From Oculina patagonica (Eukaryota), in assembly GCF_052425735.1 (NCBI RefSeq), contig NC_135759.1, positions 40,300,001-40,364,000 of the forward strand: DNA of 64,000 bases, read 5' to 3'. The position numbers were made by a program, and so were the translations under genes. Of the stretch, positions 12,368 to 25,168 are shown one piece after another (the first letter of the stretch is position 1; the number at the start of each line of letters is the position of its first letter). A model generated the notes under the pieces. The model was not told the origin of the DNA. It did no database searches and worked only from the letters and a program-made list of their open reading frames with translations.

Positions 12368-13664
12368 ATGTGGAATTTTCAGAGTTTGGTGATTTTTACG
12401 TTCTTAATTTTCTTAGCTTTATTCTAAAGGCAGTGAGAAATCTCTAATTCCTGAATTATCTAGTGGCGCGATTTCCACTGACGCAATTTTCTAAGTGCGT
12501 GAAGCTTGGCTTTCACTAAGCAAGAAACCCCACGGCAAAATAAGCGCAAGCACAAACATGTTGTATTCTTCTGTCTTCGAACGGAATAGGACTTTCGTCT
12601 TCGCCAGGACATAAGTATAAGCAGTAAACCTAAACGAAAACTGTTCGTTCTTCTTACGTCGTCGTGGTCCTTAAATTTTTATTCGTATGTCGCTTATGCT
12701 TTAGCGTATGCTTATGTCGGAGGTAAACCAAGGTTCTACGGGCGTGAATTTAACTGGCATTTTGTCCGCAAAATAACATTTAGAAAAAGTATAGACGGCA
12801 GTTCTATTTGCGGAAAAAGTTGAACGTGTGTTGAGCAGTGTTATCTGCAGACGTAAACCATTGTCTCTATTTTAATATATTACGCCATAAGTTCATTCAT
12901 TCGCGTCCCTCCGGAAAACTGCTCAGTTTTACATTTGCCAATTATCTAAGAAACGACAGTTAAAATTTTGTTCTAAAACATGGTATCATGAAAACACGTT
13001 TCAGCTTCCATCATATATCATCTTCAGCTGCAAATATTTATAAATATTTTTAGTTTTTTATTTGGCTTATCAGAACCCCTAAATATAATATGCATACTTA
13101 ATGCTAGTGTCGATTCTAGTGGCAAGCATACACTCTCAGGATCTTTATTCAATTCTTCCAGTCCCGGAGGGAAAAGAGAGAAATCGAGACCCTAGTAACG
13201 AGAAAGAGTTTCGTTGGGTTGTGATGCGACGCAAAATGTCTGTGTTTACAACAAGCAGTTTTGTAATTTTCCATGTTTTTGTTACTACAGCTATTTCTCG
13301 TGAATGTTACAAATGCCTGAGTACGCACTCGTGGAAAGACTGCGATAACTGGCAAACCAAGGTCAGATGCCAAACTTCGCAGGAGTGCGTGAAAGCCAGC
13401 GTTCACACCTCAACTGCAAATGCTTATGGAAAAGGCTGCGCGAAAATCTGCAATGCATCCGACAACCCAGTGTGCAGGGAGCTTGGTGTCAAGTGCATAG
13501 TGCAATGCTGTTCCTCGGATTACTGCAACGGAGGAATTCGTCGTGCTCCTTATTTCAATCATACGAATCCTTCTTCAGGTTGTTTGCCATTCAGTGCATC
13601 TGTTGTTGTAATTAGTTTTTGTTTTGGTTTATTAATTTTGCATTGGTATTTGTATAATCATTAA
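12368..13664 (+). pseudogene. Ly6/uPAR gene copy C1 with the exon-1 splice donor deleted (pseudogene or restructured gene)
   Basis: Exon 1 starts at ATG 12368 (MWNFQSLVIFTFLIFL), but 28 nt including the GT donor are missing relative to C2, giving TAA at 12425-12427. Exon 2 13291-13664 keeps the 12-Cys LU domain, with a +5-nt frameshift in the tail near 13633. Confidence 0.75.
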
Positions 13665-15608
13665 CCTTAAATTATTAATAACCTTGTTAATTGCTTGCGT
13701 TCCGAGTTTCACTGTAGTTTTCTACTTGTTATTATTTGGGAGCAATCGCGTACAGTTGTGTAATGTCTACCGCCTAGTTATTCATCAATTTTAAAGAAGT
13801 TTGAAAACACCTTAAGTTAAATAAACCGCCGTTTAAGCACTTCCATCTGCATAGCTTGGCTGGCTGGAACATTCTAGTTGTAATATCTGATCATGAAATG
13901 TTAAATATAAAAATTTACTTTTTTGGATTTTGATTTCTTTTTCTGATGAAACAGCGTTTACATATTTAGTATGTAAGCTGAAAACCAAATAGGAATTACT
14001 GAACAAAAAACAAATACACAGTTCGACTAACGCAATTTATTATTAACGTTTAATACTTGCATTCAAACTAAGATGCTTCATCAGTTTTACGAAAGCATTT
14101 TCCCCCTTGATTTTGATCACTCTTAGGACATAACGAATGCAGTGCAGCCGCCTACGAAAAGTATAAATCGTTCCATCGGTTAACTGTCTTAATTGGCAAC
14201 CCACAAAAATTTCAAAAGAAATCCCTTCCCTGATAAGAAAAAGTCCTTCTCCCCCCTTTTCTCCTCACATCTCACAAAATGTTAATGCTCTTGGGTTTAT
14301 TGTTGACTCCACCCACATATGCAAATGATCGACAGAACGCCACGGGTCGGAAGTTTTTGCTTGGCATATCTTTCGGATGACGGCTATTAAAGAGTTATTT
14401 TACGTGCATGAATGAACTTATGGCGTAATATATTAAAATAGAGACAATGGCTTACGTTTGCAGATAACACTGCTCAACACACGTTCAACTTTTTCCGCAA
14501 ATAGAACTGCTGTCTATACTTTTTCTAAATGTTATTTTGCGGCATGAGGGGACGCAGGCGGTGTCAACTGTAAGTACTTCAGAGGAATGCTAGGATATTA
14601 TCCTAGCATTCCTAACATACCTCACACCAGGTTCCTTCGCTTGAGCCGCGAAAGGTGTCATAATCTGTTTCGCTGTCAAAACATTATTTAATCTAATGAA
14701 GACCAGAAAAAGACGATCATAATACCGTCGACTAATAATGTTGTGATGTTGTGATAACAGCGCGCTGTGATTTCGAGGCAAAATCGGAGAACAAGGAACA
14801 AGTTTTAAAGATGATTATTGAAGAAAGCGTGAAAATAAACAAATTTTTAAACTAACAACGAAAATGCACAGCACATTTTATAATACCGGGGAGTTTTTTA
14901 ATAAAATACAGCCGGACTGCTGTATCAGTACATGTTATTCGATTTTCCTGTTCGAGCCTATCAAAAAACTATAGAATTTTCGAACTGACGAGCGCATATT
15001 ATAGCCGCAAGTAACTTACCAAACTGAAAAAAAAAAAAAAAAAAAAAAAAAAGAAACTTACCAAACTGAATTAGCTGCATAATGAGCGGCCGACAATAAT
15101 AGAAAGGAATTTTCCTATGTTTTTTTTTAAAGGCCAAAGCAGTTTAATTCTTGAACTGCGAGAGTACCGGCCTTTTGCGTACCTGACTCGTACTGGTAAC
15201 AGGCCCGTAAAATTACGAAACTGAATCTTAAAGCTGTATCGAAGCAAAGCCTTCAGAAGAAAAACGCATCCAATGGAAAACAATGCTAAATAACGCCGCA
15301 CTGTTTCCATTTTCAGCATTTTGTACAATGTACAAGTGTTGCGGCAAGCATATGTGTGCAGCCGTCTTCAATAGAAACATGCACATAAAATTATTTTTTG
15401 CAGTTGTTCCATGACATGGCTGCACCACCTAACAGACAAAAAAAAAAGGTTGCCAGCTAATGATTAGTTACTCTTGATTATATATTCCATTGGGAGAACA
15501 GACTTAAAAGTATATATTGTGGCTCGATGATAAGTATCTCCGTGTTGCGGTCTAAACTATATGACCCACCAGTTGAAGGAAAGAACATTAAAACAATTTT
15601 AAAGCGTA

Positions 15609-18087
15609 GAAGTATTAGAATTGCAGGTTACATCGGACTGTATGAGGCGTGCCGCCCGCCAGCTCCGATGAAGAAAATATTAAAAGGCAGTGCAGTATTA
15701 GAATTACAGGTTACATCGGACTGTACGGAGGCGCGCCGCCCGCCAGCTCCGATGGAGAAAATATTTTAAAGTGGTGCAGTATTAGAATTGCAGGTTACAT
15801 CGGACTGTATGAGGCGCGCCGCCCGCCAGCTCCGATGGAGAAAATAGAATTGAGCAGAATTAAAATTGCAGGTTACATCGGACTGTATGAGGCGCGCCGC
15901 CCGCCAGCTCCGATGGAGAAAATAGAATTGAGCAGAATTAGAATTGCAGATTACATCGGACTGTATGAGGCGCGCCGCCCGCCAGCTCCGATGGAGAAAA
16001 TAGAATTGAGCAGAATTAGAATTGCAGGTTACATCGGACTGTATGAGGCGCGCCGCCCGCCAGCTCCGATGGAGAAAATAGAATTGAGCAGAATTAGAAT
16101 TGCAGGTTACATCGGACTGTATGAGGCGCGCCGCCCGCCAGCTCCGATGGAGAAAATATTTTAAAGTGGTGCAGTATTAGAATTGCAGGTTACATCGGAC
16201 TGTATGAGGCGCGCCGCCCGCCAGCTCCGATGGAGAAAATAGAATTGAGCAGAATTAGAATTGCAGGTTACATCGGACTGTATGAGGCGCGCCGCCCGCC
16301 AGCTCCGATGGAGAAAATAGAATTGAGCAGAATTAGAATTGCAGGTTACATCGGACTGTATAAGGCGCGCCGCCCGCCAGCTCCGATGGAGAAAATATAA
16401 TTGAGCAGAATTAGAATTGCAGGTTACATCGGACTGTATGAGGCGCGCCGCCCGTCAGCTCCGATGGAGAAAATAGAATTGAGCAGAATTAGAATTGCAG
16501 GTTACATCGGACTGTATGAGGCGCGCCGCCCGCCAGCTCCGATGGAGAAAATAGAATTGAGCAGAATTAGAATTGCAGGTTACATCGGACTGTATGAGGC
16601 GCGCCGCCCGCCAGCTCCGATGGAGAAAATAGAATTGAGCAGAATTAGAATTGCAGGTTACATCGGACTGTATGAGGCGCGCCGCCCGCCAGCTCCGATG
16701 GAGAAAATAGAATTGAGCAGAATTAGAATTGCAGGTTACATCGGACTGTATGAGGCGCGCCGCCCGCCAGCTCCGATGGAGAAAATATTTTAAAGTGGTG
16801 CAGTATTAGAATTGCAGGTTACATCGGACTGTATGAGGCGCGCCGCCCGCCAGCTCCGATGGAGAAAATAGAATTGAGCAGAATTAGAATTGCAGGTTAC
16901 ATCGGACTGTATGAGGCGCGCCGCCCGCCAGCTCCGATGGAGAAAATAGAATTGAGCAGAATTAGAATTGCAGGTTACATCGGACTGTATGAGGCGCGCC
17001 GCCCGTCAGCTCCGATGGAGAAAATAGAATTGAGCAGAATTAGAATTGCAGGTTACATCGGACTGTATGAGGCGCGCCGCCCGCCAGCTCCGATGGAGAA
17101 AATAGAATTGAGCAGAATTAGAATTGCAGGTTACATCGGACTGTATGAGGCGCGCCGCCCGCCAGCTCCGATGGAGAAAATATTTTAAAGTGGTGCAGTA
17201 TTAGAATTGCAGGTTACATCGGACTGTATGAGGCGCGCCGCCCGCCAGCTCCGATGGAGAAAATAGAATTGAGCAGAATTAGAATTGCAGGTTACATCGG
17301 ACTGTATGAGGCGCGCCGCCCGCCAGCTCCGATGGAGAAAATAGAATTGAGCAGAATTAGAATTGCAGGTTACATCGGACTGTATAAGGCGCGCCGCCCG
17401 CCAGCTCCGATGGAGAAAATATAATTGAGCAGAATTAGAATTGCAGGTTACATCGGACTGTATGAGGCGCGCCGCCCGTCAGCTCCGATGGAGAAAATAG
17501 AATTGAGCAGAATTAGAATTGCAGGTTACATCGGACTGTATGAGGCGCGCCGCCCGCCAGCTCCGATGGAGAAAATAGAATTGAGCAGAATTAGAATTGC
17601 AGGTTACATCGGACTGTATGAGGCGCGCCGCCCGCCAGCTCCGATGGAGAAAATAAAATTGAGCAGAATTAGAATTGCAGGTTACATCGGACTGTATGAG
17701 GCGCGCCGCCCGCCAGCTCCGATGGAGAAAATATTTTAAAGTGGTGCAGTATTAGAATTGCAGGTTACATCGGACTGTATGAGGCGCGCCGCCCGCCAGC
17801 TCCGATGGAGAAAATATTTTAAAGTGGTGCAGTATTAGAATTGCAGGTTACATCGGACTGTATGAGGCGCGCCGCCCGCCAGCTCCGATGGAGAAAATAG
17901 AATTGAGCAGAATTAGAATTGCAGGTTACATCGGACTGTATAAGGCGCGCCGCCCGCCAGCTCCGATGGAGAAAATATAATTGAGCAGAATTAGAATTGC
18001 AGGTTACATCGGACTGTATGAGGCGCGCCGCCCGTCAGCTCCGATGGAGAAAATAGAATTGAGCAGAATTAGAATTGCAGGTTACAT
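15609..18087 (+). repeat. 78-bp tandem satellite with an 83-bp variant and higher-order structure (~31 units)
   Basis: Unit agaattagaattgcaggttacatcggactgtatgaggcgcgccgcccgccagctccgatggagaaaatagaattgagc. The variant replaces agaattgagc with attttaaagtggtgc. Diagnostic SNP clusters recur at 16361, 17385 and 17941. Confidence 0.97.
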
Positions 18088-18476
18088 TGCTAATACTCTT
18101 GTACTGGTCAGTTTTAAAATTAATCTTTACTTCGACGATACGGCTGTATATTTTAGAGAACGAATAGAAAATGAATGTAGCGAAACATAATGCATCGCAA
18201 ATAAAATGAGCCCGTTTTTGTAACAAGAGTCTGACCAAATGTTACAACAAGATGGAATCTTCAATTTACTGACCATGACCTAAAAATAGTAATGTTTAAT
18301 GGATTGACTTACCTGGCGACCTCCTTATTAATGATCCATGACGTGATATCCCGGGCCATGATTATATTTAAAGCGTTTCTTGTGTATGACTGAAAAACTG
18401 AACTACGTGCAACCGAACCATTTGCAATATGTCGTAAGATATTTAGGATTTTGAACGACTTTCTGCGTGGAAGGCG

Positions 18477-18892
18477 CCCGGGGGGGGGTACTCAAAAAAG
18501 TTTTATACGGGGAGGCTCCGCCCCAAGTTCTAACCCCTTACCCTTTTATATACCATTTTTGACAGAAATTGTACCCCTTTCGTATACCTTTAACTGAAAA
18601 AAGGTACCCCTTTCATATACCTAAGAGACATGGCGTGTACTTAAAATAGGACGTTTTCTTGTCATTTTAATGTAGCGCTTAATAAATTAAAATGATACAG
18701 CCATAAATTGCGTCTGTTCGAAATATTTTAATAAAAGACACTTTTAAATAGCCAAATGACAGATTTCCATACCCTTTCATATACTCAAACTCGGGAAATC
18801 CCTACCCTTTTACATACCTGAAGCCTGAAAAAGGTACCCCTTTCGGGCGGAGCCTCCCCGTATAGGCCATTATAGGGAGTACCCCCCCCGGG
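18477..18892. mobile_element. MITE with CCCGGG termini and 8-bp TSD
   Basis: Ends cccggggggggtactc...gagtaccccccccggg, with TSD ggaaggcg at 18469-18476 and 18893-18900. Confidence 0.88.
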
Positions 18893-20365
18893 GGAAGGCG
18901 CCAGCGTCACCGCAACTCGCTGCTGCAAACTCACCGTAATTTTCACTTTGTAAATCCACATGAATGATCGATCGACAGAACATAGAAATGATCATCTTGC
19001 ATAAGGCGAAAACAACTTAAATCTTAAAAGGTCGAAACGTTTACGCGACATCAAAGTATCTAGAAATCATTCTTGCTAGATGAGCTTCTTCTGTCTTTCC
19101 CCAATTGCCGCCAAAGCAGAATTCGCCGCGAACATTATAATTTATTCTGCCGCCAGAATGGAAATTGATCCATGTAATATAACACAACTGATGAGAAGAT
19201 AACTCAAATGCTGCTGACAGATTATAACACTTTCGGTAACCGCGAACTAATCCTCTTAAGAAATCAGGAACTTACAGTTGACGCCACTTGCGTCCCCTCA
19301 TGCAAAATGCCAGTTAAATCTTATATAGGCTATTATTTATTTAGAAGATGTGAAATTGTGATTTTATTTCTTTTCACATGCGTATCTGATTTTGACTTTA
19401 CAGGGGACTGTACTTGACTTAAGTGGACTGTACCAGTACATTTTCATTACCCACCACCACTCCCAAACCCTACCCCCCTCCCCCTCCCCCGAAAAAAGGC
19501 AGAAGAATGAGCTGGCTCTAAGTGCCCTTTGATTATGATTAACCAACTAAAACAGAAGTTATCAGAAAGCCGTCAAAAAGGTGTAAAAAATCGATCAAAA
19601 ACTTTGTCAACTGGTACTTACGAAACAGCGCGCAGCAATGTAAAGGGGTTTATTTTCATGGAAGAGAGAGGCATTATTTTTTTTATTATGGGACCAGAGA
19701 ACACAGCTGGGAACACACGCTTAAAGAACCCTAAGTGTGTTTCACTTTGAGGAAAAGAGGAGTTACTGCGTGATTATTTTCTATCACTGGCGGCGGATCA
19801 AACCTTCGGAATCGAATGCGGAAATCAAATGATTCATTATGCTATTTTTAAACTGCATTCTTACGACCGTAAGCATGTATTGTACCTTGATCTCCGGCAT
19901 GAAATTGCAGTGTTTCCTTTTCACTGCGACAAGTTACTCTAAAATTCGAGAGAACTGATAAAGTTTATGCAAGTATGTATGTAAGTTATGTTAGACATTT
20001 TGATGAGTATGGTTTTGGATTTATTTGGTGTGATGTCATTCCCATTATGAGCTAATGATGTATGCAAGACGGAACAAACTTCAGCCAGAGGGCAAGTCTA
20101 CCCCGTGAGAGCAGAGCAGATCAGAGATTGGTCGCGTGCATCACATGCCTTTACGTTGACCAATCATTTTTATAGTTTTTCTGGCAAGTATTGTTAAACT
20201 ACTTCACAAGTTACTCTACATATTTTAAGGTGTGTCATATCTTAGCTAGTATAACGTCCAGTTGACATCTTCTACTCGCGTCGTTTCGTCCAAGCCAGCA
20301 CAACCGTACCTACACTGTACCAGAGACGCTACCGACTCCAAAGAAACCGGAAAAAGCGAAGAAAC

Positions 20366-23300
20366 ATGTTCAATTTTCAGAGTTTAGTGATTGTTATGTT
20401 CCTAATTTTCTTGCCAATGGGTAAGTGACAACATATTATTACTTCAATTCGCATTTCTTTGAGAAATGTTTAATTCCTGCATGCAGATTTCACTCGCTCA
20501 GTGGTCTTGCATCATCACTGTGCTTCGACCTCGTGGTTTGCACAGTGAATATGCTTTCATTCTTCTTTTGCTTTCACATGTGTTCTTTGCCCTGATTTCC
20601 TAAACTTTAAACAAACTTAACATGTGCCAGCGCTTTATATATATATATAACTATCTATATTGTTTTCTCGCAGAACAAACTTGAAATTAGTGTCAGTATT
20701 TAGATTTTCTTGTTGACTGCAGGCTGCATGCCTTTCCTGTCCTCGTGCTATGCCATGAAACGAAATCAATATTAGATTAACTTTTGACATTACAGTTTAA
20801 AATCAACAGAGGTTTTCATTAGATCGACATCAAATATTAAGCCAGGTCGAGGAAACAGGAACAGTTCGCAGGAAACATTTTAAAACATTTACGCAATCTA
20901 CTACAAAACTAGACCAGAAACAAATCTTAATATTATCACTTTGTTTTAAAAGAGCCGAAAACAGTTTGAAGTCTAATTTAATTGTACAAATAGCAGTTAA
21001 AAATTTGATTCGGCGTAGTCTGTAGTGATTCCCGCACAAGTAACTGAAATTAAAAAATGCCAGTGCGCAAAAGTTCAAGTTCTGCTGTTATCATTTGCTG
21101 CTGTTATTTGACTCTGCGAATGTCTATTAGACTAACTCTAAATATTTTTTCAAAAGTGTCAGTTATTTTTTCAGTAGCGTAAGAGCTCGTGAATTTAGTT
21201 CTCGTTTTCTGAGTCGCATTTTGCGAAACCATGAATTTTTTCCGGTTTCGGTGAGGTTCATACGTGCAGATTAACATTACAGTTCAAAGTCATCACAGGG
21301 TGCCATTAGGCCGACGTCAAATGCCTTCAATTTTAAGCCAGGTTGAGGAAACAGTACGAAACATTGCGAAAAATTAGTTTGTTTAGGTGAAAGCATTTTC
21401 CTACAAAACTAGGCCGTAAATAAACTCTGTTCACTTTGATTTAAACCAGCCAAAAACAGTTTGAAGTCCAACTGCACAAATAGTTGTAGTACATTTCATT
21501 CTTATTACTCTGTCGTATTTCCCGCAAAAGTAAATTAAAGATGCCAGCGCAAAATTCAAATTCTGCTGTTCTCATTTTCTGCAGCTCGTATTTCAATCTC
21601 CGAATGTCTATTAGTTCCCTAAGAAGACTAACTCTGAGTATTTTTCCAAAGGCGTCAGTTATTTTTTTCCAGTAGCGTAAGAGCTTGTGAATTTAGTTCT
21701 TGTTTTACGAGTCACATTTTACGAGGCCATGGAATTTCCCGGTTTCGGTGACGTTGTGCGTGCAGTACTTGAATTTCTCGTGAAGTTCGTACGTGCAGAT
21801 CGTCAGTAATACAATTTAAAATCATGACAGGTTAACATTAGGCCGAGCCGAAAACAGTTTGAAGTCCAATTGCACAAGTAAGTAAAGGATGTCAGAGGAA
21901 CATTAAAGTTCAAGTTCGACTGTTATCATTATTTTGCTCCTGTTATTTAAGACTGCTACTTGAGTTCCGTATCCGATCCCTAACAAGACTAACTCTAAAT
22001 GTTTTCCAAATGTGTAGCGTTAGAGCCCGGGGGGGGTACTCCCTATAATGGCCTATACAGGGAGGCTCCGCCCGAAAGGGGTACCTTTTTGAGGCTTCAG
22101 GTATATAAAAGGGTAGGGATTTCACAAGTTGAGGTATATGAAAGGGTAGGAAATTCGGGCATTAAGATATTTAATAACCTTTAAAGTAAATATTTCGAAC
22201 AGACGCAACTTATGGCTGTATCGTCCTTTATTTATTATAAAGCGCTACATAAAAAATGTCAAGAAAACGTCCTGTTTTAAGTATATGTCGTGTCGTGTAG
22301 GTATATTAAAGGGGTACTTTTTTCAATAAAAGGTATACGAAAGGGGTGCCTTTTCTGTCAAAATGGTATATAAAAGGGTAAGGGGTTGGACCTCGGGGCG
22401 GAGCCTCCCCGTATAAAACTTTTTCGAGTCCCCCCTCCCCCTCGGGCACAATAACAACTGCTACACTAGAAGACAAGTAGTGACTCGAATTACAAGCTTA
22501 CGAGAACTGCTTTACTACTGGGCCCAGTTGTTCAAAGGTGAATAACGCTATCCACCAGTTAAATCACTATCCGACGGATAAATGTTGGCAAAACAAACTA
22601 CGCTATCCACTGGATAGTGATTCTATCAGTTAAATAGCGTTATCTATCCTTTGAACAACTCAGGACTTGCCCATATTATGTCTGTGATATCACCTATTCC
22701 GAGATTGCGCTGCAGAATAGATTTGGTGGGCGTGTTCGAATCCCTACAATTATGGACCTCTCAAAGGAGCCCGGGGGGGGGGGGGGGTTCTCCCTATAAT
22801 GGCCTATACGGGGAGGCTCCGACCGAAAGGGGTACCTTATTCAGGCTTCAGGTATATATACTAGTTATGCAACGCTTTCGAGTGGTATACTATGGAATAT
22901 CCCACAAGTCACTTGTATTTTCTCGGTATACACACGAGCCTTTAGGCGAGTGTGTATACCAAGAAAATACAAATGACAAGCGGGATGTTCCATAGTATAC
23001 CACGAGAAAGTGTTGTGTAACTATTTTATACCATGCCATGGAAAATACGCTTACTAAATTTCTTCGAGAATACAATCGCAGCGCACGATGGGAAGGTTGG
23101 GTTGAATACCGTCGAATATACAACGGCTTTCCTGTATTCTGATTGGCTGTATTTTCTATGGCATGGTATAAAAAAGGGTAGGGATCTCACGAGGTTAAGT
23201 ATACGAAAGGGTATGGAAATATGTCATTCGGCTATTTAAAAGGGCCTTTAATTAAAATATTTCGAACGGACGCAATTTATGGTTGTATTATTTTAATTTA

Positions 23301-24212
23301 TTAAGCGCTACATAAAAATGACAAGAAAACGTCCTATTTCAAGTCCACGCCATGTCTCTTAGGTATATAAAAGGGGTACCTTTTTCAGTTAAAGGTATAT
23401 GAAAGGGGTACAATTTCTGTGAAAAATGGTATATAAAAGGGTAAGGGGTTAGAACTTGGGGCGGAGCCTCCCCGTATAAAACTTTTTTGAGTAGCCCCCC
23501 CGGGCGTTAGAGCTCGTGAATTTAGCTGCCGTTTTACAAGTCACATATAACGAGGCCAAGAATTTTTTCCGGTTTCGGTAACATTGCGCGTGCAGGACTC
23601 TCGTGAAGTTCATGCGTGCAGGAATTTTTTCCTGTTGCTTAAGAGAATCGCACCCGTGATTCTATCCTGTTGTTCTCCTGTTTTTTAGAAAAATAATGCT
23701 AATTTTGTCCCTGCGCTTTTATTTCAACCTGTTTTATAGCATACCTTTAATCAGGATCTCCACTCAATTCAGAGGAAAAAATGAGACCCTTGGAATGAGG
23801 AAGTGTTTGTATTCGCTGTGATGCGATGCAAAACTGTTGTGTTAACAAACTGGCAACACAAATTTGTAATTTTTCCTGTTGCTTTTTTTTAAATGCAGTG
23901 ACTTCCCGTGAATGTTACCAATGTCTGAGTTCGCTCTCTTGGCAAGACTGTAATGCTAACAGGGTAAAAGTCCGATGCCTAACTTCAAATCAGTGCATCA
24001 AAGTCAGCGGTGAAAGCTCAACTGAAGCTGCTTATGGAAAAGGCTGCGCGGCAACCTGCTCAGCATCCGACATTCCAGTCTGCAGGGAGCCTGGTGTCAA
24101 GTGCAATGTGGACTGCTGTTCCTCAGATTACTGCAATGGGGCACCCGGCCGTATGGTCAGCGGTCTTCTCTTGGTGGTTGCCACTGGCGTCATCTACTTC
24201 TTGGGTTATTAG
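20366..24212 (+). CDS. Ly6/uPAR three-finger protein, probably GPI-anchored (copy A2), 122 aa
   Basis: Exon 1 20366-20420 (MFNFQSLVIVMFLIFLPM, G|GTAAG). Exon 2 23899-24212 (VTSRECYQC...CCSSDYCNGAPGRMVSGLLLVVATGVIYFLGY). Confidence 0.93.
22026..23504. mobile_element. Composite insertion: two direct copies of the CCCGGG MITE plus intervening DNA, with a single outer 8-bp TSD
   Basis: Copy 1 is 22026-22446 and copy 2 is 22770-23504, the latter interrupted by a palindromic insert at ~22856-23170. TSD cgttagag lies at 22018-22025 and 23505-23512. The empty site is in the A1 intron near 4885. Confidence 0.85.
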
Positions 24213-25168
24213 ATTGATTTTGAGTAACTGTAGTCTTTCATACATGTAATGTGGTTTAATAGGCAATTTGGTGGAACACTGAATGTTCTGTACAAGCGCT
24301 TAGTAAATTATTAATTTGGAGTTTGTAAAGACTGTAAATGCCCGTTTTAGATTTAAAGGGCGTCAGCCCTTTGTAAGAGCATTTAAAAAAATGTTTTTTA
24401 AGCTCGTGAATGTGTATAGCTTGATTAATGAAAGCTAAGACTGGAACATACGATACGTAATGTAAAAATAAAAACTGTTTTGTTGATTCTTACTTATACT
24501 GTCTAACTAACCTTGCTTGCTTGTTATAGGACCATTATATATGATTTGTCACCCCATCTCAGACCAATCAGACTCTTGTTTCTGTGTTGCAGTACAGTAA
24601 AACCCGCGAGCAAGAACTCTAACATTTAAGAACCTGTTAGGCTAAACTTAGCCTCAAATTTGTAAACAGGTTCTTATTTTCTAAAATTGATTAAAAATGT
24701 TTATTTTTGGGAAATAAGTTTGGACAAAGCATAACTGTACATGTATATCATGTCATATTCTAAATTATTAGTGCTTCATTTTTACATAAGCACTTATGTG
24801 GTATGCAAATTTTATACAAGAAATAGGCCGAATACCACTAAAATCTCTTAAACAATATTGAAATTGTTAATAGCCCTTTATGTATAAGAACCTGTTTAGG
24901 CTAACCTGAAAATTAATAGGTTCTTTAATACTCGCGGGTTTTTACTCTATACATGAGCAGTCATGCATAAAATCTTTTCTGTCGGTCATTTCCATTTTTA
25001 TTTCAAAAATTCTTTCCTGTCAAAATCAAAAGAATTTTTTCTACAGTCTCGCTACAAATCAAAGCCTATTTTAGACCAAATTGAGGTAAAACTGGAAGAA
25101 CAAAAAACCTTATTCTTTTGAGGCGACATTGCCGTACATGAGTGTGTCAGGCGGCACGCATTGTTGTA

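Larger units (their letters stand above)
2326..14385 (+). repeat. Segmental duplication unit 1 (Ly6 A-B-C triplet); paralogue at ~19533-37684
   Basis: Collinear coding and non-coding homology from ttatgattaac.aactaaaacagaagttat to gga.gacggcta. The copies differ by TE insertions and deletions. Confidence 0.85.
14543..19302. mobile_element. 4.76-kb non-autonomous TIR element (CATG termini) carrying an internal satellite
   Basis: 33-bp TIRs at 14543-14575 and 19270-19302 match at 30/33 positions. It interrupts a repeat whose uninterrupted inverted copy lies at ~12745-12900. No transposase ORF and no clear TSD seen. Confidence 0.75.

Noticed and set aside
15609-18087. CRISPR-like array or hammerhead-containing retrozyme tandem
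   Set aside because: There are no unique spacers or cas genes and the context is eukaryotic. The ctgtatgag...gaaa resemblance lacks hammerhead stems I-III.
15527-18190. Repetitive ORFs (MEKIELSRIRIAGYIGLYEARRPPAP)n
   Set aside because: A by-product of a 78-bp (3n) satellite. The frames are broken by 83-bp variants and stops, and there is no gene structure.
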